Below, piece after piece: positions 17,901 through 22,332 of a stretch of DNA of 22,332 bases. Numbering within the stretch: position 1 is the stretch's first letter; every line of letters begins with the position of its first letter. Origin of the DNA: Myxococcota bacterium (GTDB lineage Bacteria; Myxococcota; JACRCW01); the NCBI GenBank assembly GCA_040752415.1, contig JBFMGU010000179.1, positions 1 to 22,332 on the forward strand. Direction: 5' to 3'. Under the pieces are notes generated by a model. That model did not search any database and was not told the origin of the DNA. It saw only the letters and a program-made list of their open reading frames with translations. A program made the translations under genes and the position numbers.

Positions 17901-18478
17901 TCGCAGGTGACGGGGAAGCCCAGGCAGCTGCCGGCGGAGCACTGGTCGTGCGCGGTGCAGGGATTTCCGTCGTCGCACGGGCCCGAGATCGGCGCGGCCA
18001 CACAGGTGCCCGAGGCGGGATCCCATTGGTCCATGGTGCAGGCGTTTCCGTCGTCACACGCGGGCGGCTCTCGCGCCACGCCGTGCAGCGCAACGTCCAC
18101 GCCCGGCGCATTGGCGGAAGTGTTGTCCACGCGCAGGCGGCCCACGTGTTCGCGCGCCTCCGTCGGGAGGAACGTGACGTCCACTAACGCGCTCTCCCCG
18201 GGCGCCAGCTCCTCCGGCACCGCACCAACGGAAAACGCCAGCCCGTCCAGCACCGCGGCGCGCGAGATGCGCACGGCGACGTCGCCGGTGTTGCGGAGGG
18301 TGAGCGAGGAAAGCGCCCGCGTCCCGACGATGGTCTCGGACCACGCGAGCTCGGTGGGGGAGACCTCCAGGCGGGAAATCGTCGTCGCCAGGCCACCGCC
18401 GTCGTCACGGCAGCCGGGCAACCAGGCAATCAGACAGACAAGCGCCCCGACGAAGCGGTGCCCACGGGGGTTGCGCAT
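14954..18478 (-). CDS. Large Cys-rich lipoprotein: Ig-like (ASH/choice-of-anchor D-like) domain, CDDGNxCT repeats, and two Cys-rich + beta-rich modules
   Basis: Signal peptide with lipobox-like LPGC (Cys23). Ig-like LTLRNTG...LAPGES..VDVTFLP. Four CDDGNxCTxDxC-type repeats. Two CGNG...ExCDG...CxxLG[FY]AxGTLxC modules typical of myxobacterial disulfide-rich proteins. Confidence 0.87.
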   Translation of the reverse strand: MRNPRGHRFVGALVCLIAWLPGCRDDGGGLATTISRLEVSPTELAWSETIVGTRALSSLTLRNTGDVAVRISRAAVLDGLAFSVGAVPEELAPGESALVDVTFLPTEAREHVGRLRVDNTSANAPGVDVALHGVAREPPACDDGNACTMDQWDPASGTCVAAPISGPCDDGNPCTAHDQCSAGSCLGFPVTCDDGVACTVDLCDPDVGCTAVPDSAQCVDDDPCTDDICDATGCSHVPSADGTACGSVTSCSTMPICMGGRCVAAPVPDGYPCGFGCASNAVCVDGRCAGEPGLFPEPACPGACGNGVRETCANCPEGTTCTSSCGVECPACCYEPSLREPCDGVDLGAVDCVQLGFAGGTLACADTCHWDSAGCSSCTDHPAIRACVRPPVKSRGAGNLALAAHDGILAGVWLEWTERGAGTVHFASWDTELQLLRAQCLELTGAVDVALSATTQGWMLATGNEELLLHPLDIHGDPVTEPVSLGPIAISWRDNIALTPGAPGTTLVVWQPEHSIMESALVQDDGTVLWRNTLAHRTYVNNPSALYVEDHFLVAFRVNNGMWVVNINHDGTLEEVHISLEGMDYPRLAWNGEEVALTTAAFNGTHGVMWTRLTPDGALLDTPALVGSFPLYFNPSPVVSTREGWLMLLPGYTGAAGVGSHLDALLVTRGDGVGAPQSLTREPAFEEFFQLVPVADGAVAGWISDDINSSARRIQLMRIEPGALAAPAPSRTSAPQTCIPPWKHGPACGDALCGNGVTNRCTRCPGSVGCSRMERTESCDGTAPTTCGGLGYASGTLGCNERCGWDVSACNGCMAERDCARIPVDTNAAVSLAVAGRDDGEIAAVWSYIGEGPNYTATLRLARTKESFQVLDEKCLGIHHALSVALAPTSDGWLLASDFREHSGDSPDTVEVRTLDRTGDVIRGPTFTARVGTGVAPDLSLTPGHDGTLLLFPGVFSALAAILLDDDGVAKWRAELMPGGTVTEWQAVATERGYLIAASAYTGHVWLFPIFADAGTSGAVEAGPYVVLPVGSHLRLARMETGAVLFWVEWTNAGAAVKWRRLASDGNPVDDRVEEVAPRGQVLGPVITGNRGVIALRGTPARGLVDETVTGIPVHRWDVGSTSRLRYDAQGAYEHKLFTAGGRIIAAWLATSPWPPGGEDTSFERSLYLSVIEP
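17777..18058 (-). repeat. Four CDDGNxCT-type cysteine repeats within the lipoprotein
   Basis: CDDGNACTMDQWDPASGTC, CDDGNPCTAHDQCSAGSC, CDDGVACTVDLCDPDVGC, CVDDDPCTDDICDATGC. Confidence 0.85.
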
Positions 18479-18587
18479 GCACCCTGGGGTCTAACGTCGG
18501 CGGAAGGAGGTCGCAGTGCGTGGTGGGCGGGGCGTGCCCTCATCGGCCCACTGCGTCGGGACACGTCAGTGCTGCGTCGGAATGCTG

Positions 18588-18854
18588 TAAGGTGCCGATC
18601 GGCGTTGCAGACGTCGTAGGCGGGCCACGACCTGGAGTGCGGCGGGCCCTCGCCGCCCTGGCCAGCGCCGAGTGTGTCCTCAACGACCGCTCGCGGAGCT
18701 GGGGACTCTTCGGCGACGGGGGAATGCACGGCGTTGCGCCTGGTGGACCGTTGGCGGGTGCAGAACCCGCGCGGCGCTGGCCAGGGCGGCGAGGGCCCGC
18801 CGCACTCCAGGTCGTGGCCCGCTTACGATGTCTGCAACGCCAATGGGCACCTTA
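18588..18854. mobile_element. 267-bp non-coding element with 83-bp inverted repeats (MITE-like / long palindrome)
   Basis: Left arm 18588-18670 matches the reverse complement of right arm 18772-18854 at 79 of 83 positions, around a 101-bp spacer. Ends read TAAGGTGCC...GGCACCTTA. The inverted repeat is certain; mobility is inferred. Confidence 0.65.
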
Positions 18855-18976
18855 TCCTGACGCACCCCTCACAATCGCCGGTCGCAATGAAGTCGCGCTC
18901 AACGTGACACCACCAGCCAGCGGTTCGTCAGTCCGGACAGGTTCACGTCGTCGTCGCGTCACACCGGGCGTCACGA

Positions 18977-20020
18977 TCAACCTGGGCGGGAACCGCGCAA
19001 CCTCCCGCCAACCGGATACTCCCGCGTTGCGAGGTACGCGCGGAGTTCCTGCGTGCGCGCGGTGATGGGAAGCCCGCCTTCCTCGAGCCAGTGGCGCACC
19101 TCACGCGCAGCCTCCATCACCAGGATGTGCTTCAGCTCCTCCCAGGTTGCCACGAACTGGATCATGCGCAGGAGGCCCATCAGGGTCCGACGCGCATGGA
19201 GCGACGCTGGTCCCAGCGCGTGGAACGCCGCCAGGATCTCCCGCTCTGCTCGCCACGACGACCGACGGGCGCGGAGGTTGCGCTCCAAGAGGGTGTGGCG
19301 CGCGCGCAGGATGGCGCCCGGACGACGGCGGTGTTGCCGCGCAATCTCCTCGAACCGGCTCCGCATCACTTCGGGATCCGCAAGCTCGGTGGGCTCCAGC
19401 AGGAACCGCGAGTGGTGGGCCGCGGTGTCAATGCAACGTCGCACCAGCTTCTCCCGCGCGCGCGGAGAACGCGCGGAAAGATGGCGGGCCGCAAAGTGCA
19501 GGACCCGCGCTTCAACCTTGTCGTAGTGCGGGAGACAAAGCGGCTGATAGAGCGCCAACAGGTTCTGGTGCAGCACCGTCGTGGGGACGAACGTCTGCAG
19601 CAGGCGGCGCGCATCCTCGGGCTCCAGCGCTTCCTTGATCACCCCCACGCTCAGCACCTGCGCTGCGGCCACCAGCATGGCGTCCAGCAGCTCCGCGGCC
19701 CGCTCCCCACGACGGGAACGCCGGATGAGCCGCAGCAGCTCGCGCGCCCGCAGCCGCACGCGTTGTTGCACCGCTGACGACCATCCCGGAGAGGCCACCA
19801 GCCGGGCCGGGATCTCCTCGAGCAGCAACCGTCGCTCGCGGGCCGGGATGTAGAGCGCATTCTCGAAGACGTAGCGACCGTAACGCTCCGGCTCGCCGCG
19901 GATGAGCCAGGGCTCCCAGCGGTGGGACTCGCAGTAGAGCTCCTTGAGGATGGGTGAATCCGTGAACAGCCAGGACCCGTAGAGGTAGACGACGTCGTCA
20001 CCAAAGCGCATGCCCTGCAT
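18977..20020 (-). CDS. Hypothetical Arg/Leu-rich helical protein, possibly the detached substrate-binding domain of the upstream dikinase-like enzyme
   Basis: 347-aa ORF starting 4 nt after the upstream stop (20025), with AAGGGG upstream of ATG 20020. GC3-biased codons. No clear catalytic motif. The function is inference only. Confidence 0.75.
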   Translation of the reverse strand: MQGMRFGDDVVYLYGSWLFTDSPILKELYCESHRWEPWLIRGEPERYGRYVFENALYIPARERRLLLEEIPARLVASPGWSSAVQQRVRLRARELLRLIRRSRRGERAAELLDAMLVAAAQVLSVGVIKEALEPEDARRLLQTFVPTTVLHQNLLALYQPLCLPHYDKVEARVLHFAARHLSARSPRAREKLVRRCIDTAAHHSRFLLEPTELADPEVMRSRFEEIARQHRRRPGAILRARHTLLERNLRARRSSWRAEREILAAFHALGPASLHARRTLMGLLRMIQFVATWEELKHILVMEAAREVRHWLEEGGLPITARTQELRAYLATREYPVGGRLRGSRPG

Positions 20021-20024
20021 GACG

Positions 20025-21662
20025 TCAGCCCCTTGCTCCCAGCGCATGGCGCAGCGCTGCCAGCAGCGGGTCGGGAGGAACCGACTCCGGCGCGAGATCC
20101 CATTCCACGTGCAATCGGGTCTTCACGCGCCGCTCCAGTTGCCGCAGATGCTGCAGGACGTGCTCCACCCGCAGCGGCCCGGCCAGCTCCCGGGACATGA
20201 CGTCATCCAGCAGCGCGGAGACGGTGATGCGGGTTGGCCGGTCCTCCAGCTCATGCAGGTGTGAAGCGCGCAGGCACAATGCGCGGTGCGTCGGGGACGG
20301 GGAGGAAACCGCGCTGCGTCCCCGCGCCCGCGACCCACGCAGCACCAGTCCGCGGTTGGCGTCCACGGTGACCGTCTCGCCGTTGAGGAAACGGCCGCGC
20401 GTGGCCTTCTCCACGCCCACCAGGCACGGAATGCCAATCTCCCGCGCCACGATGGCGGTATGGGACAGCGGCGAGCCCTCCTCGGAGATGATGCCGGCCG
20501 CCTTGTACAGGGCGGGCAGCCACTCCGGGTCCGTGGCGCTGACGACGAGGATGTCGCCCGCGGAGGCGCGGGACACCTCGGAGACCTCCCGCAGCACACA
20601 CACCGGTCCGGAGGCCACCCCCGGCGAAGCCACGCGCCCGTGCGCCTCCCTGGCCCGGCGTCCCGTCGTCGTGGACCGCGCGGTGATGGGCCGCGCCTGG
20701 AGCAGCGTCAGGTCGCCCTCATCCATGCACCATTCCACGTCCACCTCGTGCCCGTAGCGCTCCCGGATGCGCGCGAGCGCGGCGCCGATCTCCACGATCT
20801 CGTCGTCGCTGAGCGTGCTCTGCCCGGCCAGCGCCTTGGGCACACCGGCCAGCGCGAGCAGGTTGTCGTACGGGAGGTGGAAGGTGCTCTCTCCCAGCGG
20901 CGTCTCGACGGGCTGTCCGGGCAGCAGGTGCTCCAACCGCGGTGCCAGCGTGGTCATCTCCGTCTTGTACGTGAGCTCCGCGGAGGAATGGTGCGCGTGG
21001 ACCACGTAGGTGTCCGTGGGCACGGCCCCGTCGACGACGCCATGGCAGGTCCCGTACGCGGCGGTGACCATCATGGCGCGCGGATGCCAGGGTGAACGGC
21101 TGAACGCCACCCCGGACTTCTCCGCGTTGACCGCCACCTGCACCACCAGCGCCAGCGACGAGGCGGCGGCGGCCAGGCGCTGCTCCGCGGGCGCGTGCAC
21201 GTCGGTGGCGTGGAGGAAGCCCGAGCGCACGCTCTCCCACGTGCAGTGCTGGATCGTCGTGGCCACGTCGTCCCGCCGGCACATCTGCGTCGTGAAATGC
21301 CCGGCAAAGGAGCGTGACGCGCTGTCCTCCATCACCGCCGACGAGCGGACGATGAGCACGTCCCGGTGCCGGAAGAAGCCGGCGAGCGCGCGCATCAGCT
21401 CGACGGGGATGGGCAGCTGGAGGAAGCGGTGGCGCAGCTCCTCGTCGTCATCACCGGCACCCCACGCCGCGGCCAGCTGGCGCAAGGCGCGCGCGCCCTG
21501 GCCCTGGAACAGGCGGGAGACCACTTGCCGCGGGATGATGGCGCCGTGTGGCACGCGAGCCACCTTCATCCCCACCAGCCGGCACAGCGACGCTCCCTTG
21601 CCGCCCACGTCGGAGACCGCCGCGCCCGTCTCCGGGGAGATGGGAAGGAGCACGGACTTCAC
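20025..21662 (-). CDS. PEP synthase/PPDK-family protein: ATP-grasp domain + phospho-His swivel domain, no PEP/pyruvate-binding barrel
   Basis: ATP-grasp motifs VGGKGASL, IVRSSAVMED...SFAGHF, VVQVAV...SGVAFS, DVEWC and LLQARPIT. Swivel domain ASPGVASGPV, GDILV..TDPEW and GSPLSHTAIVAREIGIP (His codon 20460-20462). Only ~70 aa follow. The GTG start overlaps the upstream stop (GTGA). Confidence 0.9.
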   Translation of the reverse strand: MKSVLLPISPETGAAVSDVGGKGASLCRLVGMKVARVPHGAIIPRQVVSRLFQGQGARALRQLAAAWGAGDDDEELRHRFLQLPIPVELMRALAGFFRHRDVLIVRSSAVMEDSASRSFAGHFTTQMCRRDDVATTIQHCTWESVRSGFLHATDVHAPAEQRLAAAASSLALVVQVAVNAEKSGVAFSRSPWHPRAMMVTAAYGTCHGVVDGAVPTDTYVVHAHHSSAELTYKTEMTTLAPRLEHLLPGQPVETPLGESTFHLPYDNLLALAGVPKALAGQSTLSDDEIVEIGAALARIRERYGHEVDVEWCMDEGDLTLLQARPITARSTTTGRRAREAHGRVASPGVASGPVCVLREVSEVSRASAGDILVVSATDPEWLPALYKAAGIISEEGSPLSHTAIVAREIGIPCLVGVEKATRGRFLNGETVTVDANRGLVLRGSRARGRSAVSSPSPTHRALCLRASHLHELEDRPTRITVSALLDDVMSRELAGPLRVEHVLQHLRQLERRVKTRLHVEWDLAPESVPPDPLLAALRHALGARG

Positions 21663-22237
21663 CGGTCCACCCGTCGGGGCTGGCGGCGGTCCAGGAACAG
21701 CAGCGCGGAGGGGCGCCCGGGCAGCGGGCCGACGGTCACGCAGAAATCCACGCGCTCACGGAAGGCGCGCGGCAGGTCATCCCACCCCGTCATGGGCGGA
21801 CGACCGGACACATTCACCGACGTGGACACCAACGGGACTCCTGCGTCGCGGGCCAGCGCGCTGACCCAGTGGCGCGGTTGGCGCAGCCCGATGAGGCCGC
21901 TCTCCACCAGCTCGTCGGCCGGTTGGGGCACGCGCGGGTCCGGCGCATAGGGGAACAGCAGGGTGGTGCCGGGGTGCTGCGACCAGGCCTCGTCGAAGCG
22001 GCTGCGCCAACGGGGATGGATCAGCGCGCGCGCCCAGGTGACGTCGTGCGGGATGACCGTGGCAGGACGGCGTCTCCGCTTCAGTGCGCCAATGCGCCGG
22101 ACCGTGCGCGGCAGCAGCGCGTTTCCGCTCAGCCCATAGATGGTGTCGGTGGGAAGGATGGCCACGTCCCCGCGCGCGAGCCTGGCACACCACAGGGACC
22201 ACGCGTGGCACGCATCCGCGTCGAGGTAGACGTCCAC
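21659..22237 (-). CDS. TsaC/YrdC/Sua5/YciO family protein (threonylcarbamoyl-AMP synthase-like), single domain
   Basis: Motifs ILPTDTIYGL, KxR (LKRR), IGLRQP, PLVSTSVNVSG (SxN) and GRPS. 192 aa. GTG start preceded by AAGG. Confidence 0.9.
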   Translation of the reverse strand: MDVYLDADACHAWSLWCARLARGDVAILPTDTIYGLSGNALLPRTVRRIGALKRRRRPATVIPHDVTWARALIHPRWRSRFDEAWSQHPGTTLLFPYAPDPRVPQPADELVESGLIGLRQPRHWVSALARDAGVPLVSTSVNVSGRPPMTGWDDLPRAFRERVDFCVTVGPLPGRPSALLFLDRRQPRRVDR

Positions 22238-22241
22238 CGCC

Positions 22242-22331
22242 TTACTTGCCGGGACGGCTCACCGGGCGCGACGGCGTGGTCACCGTGCCGCTGCTGCCCT
22301 TGCCGCCGGAAGGACGGGAGGGCGCGGGGGA
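22242..22331 (-). CDS. 3' end of an upstream gene truncated by the window edge (Pro/Ser/Gly-rich tail)
   Basis: Minus-strand frame reads SPAPSRPSGGKGSSGTVTTPSRPVSRPGK-stop with mostly G/C third positions. TAA at 22242-22244 lies 4 nt before the TsaC-family start. It is absent from the ORF track. Confidence 0.6.
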   Translation of the reverse strand, partial: SPAPSRPSGGKGSSGTVTTPSRPVSRPGK

Positions 22332-22332
22332 G

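Noticed and set aside
15074..18187. 1037-aa plus-strand ORF
   Set aside because: Antisense shadow of the Cys-rich lipoprotein, with no recognisable domain.
18430..19065. Short ORFs across the inverted-repeat element (shared peptide GQGGEGPPHSRSWPAYDVCNA on both strands)
   Set aside because: The peptide identity is a by-product of the inverted repeat. There are no transposase motifs or coding signal.
20025..21662. Annotation as canonical ppsA/ppdK or rifampin phosphotransferase (rph)
   Set aside because: The protein lacks both the PEP/pyruvate-binding barrel and the rifampin-binding central domain, so no gene symbol or resistance call is justified.

Overview
High-GC (roughly 70% by eye) bacterial chromosomal segment. 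It is probably from a Myxococcota-like organism, inferred from a Cys-rich repeat lipoprotein and a pseudo-receiver/coiled-coil protein. In order: a 14-bp tandem repeat tract; a stand-alone penicillin-binding protein 1C gene; a five-gene, translationally coupled SWIM / DUF5691-like / MoxR-type AAA+ / DUF5682-like / vWA operon (yehQ/L/M/P-like); a convergent cytoplasmic HEAT-repeat + zinc-ribbon + trypsin-like protease; a RimJ/RimL-type GNAT; a pseudo-receiver coiled-coil protein; a 1174-aa Cys-rich lipoprotein with an internal duplication; a 267-bp non-coding element with 83-bp inverted repeats (MITE-like); and a minus-strand operon running off the right edge. That operon couples a TsaC/YrdC-family enzyme to a PEP-synthase-like ATP-grasp + phospho-His protein lacking a substrate-binding domain, followed by an unknown helical protein that may supply the missing domain. 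This operon, the MoxR-vWA-SWIM operon and the inverted-repeat element are the best candidates for follow-up. All family assignments come from motif recognition by eye, and no database searches were run. I found no rRNA, tRNA, CRISPR array or transposase.
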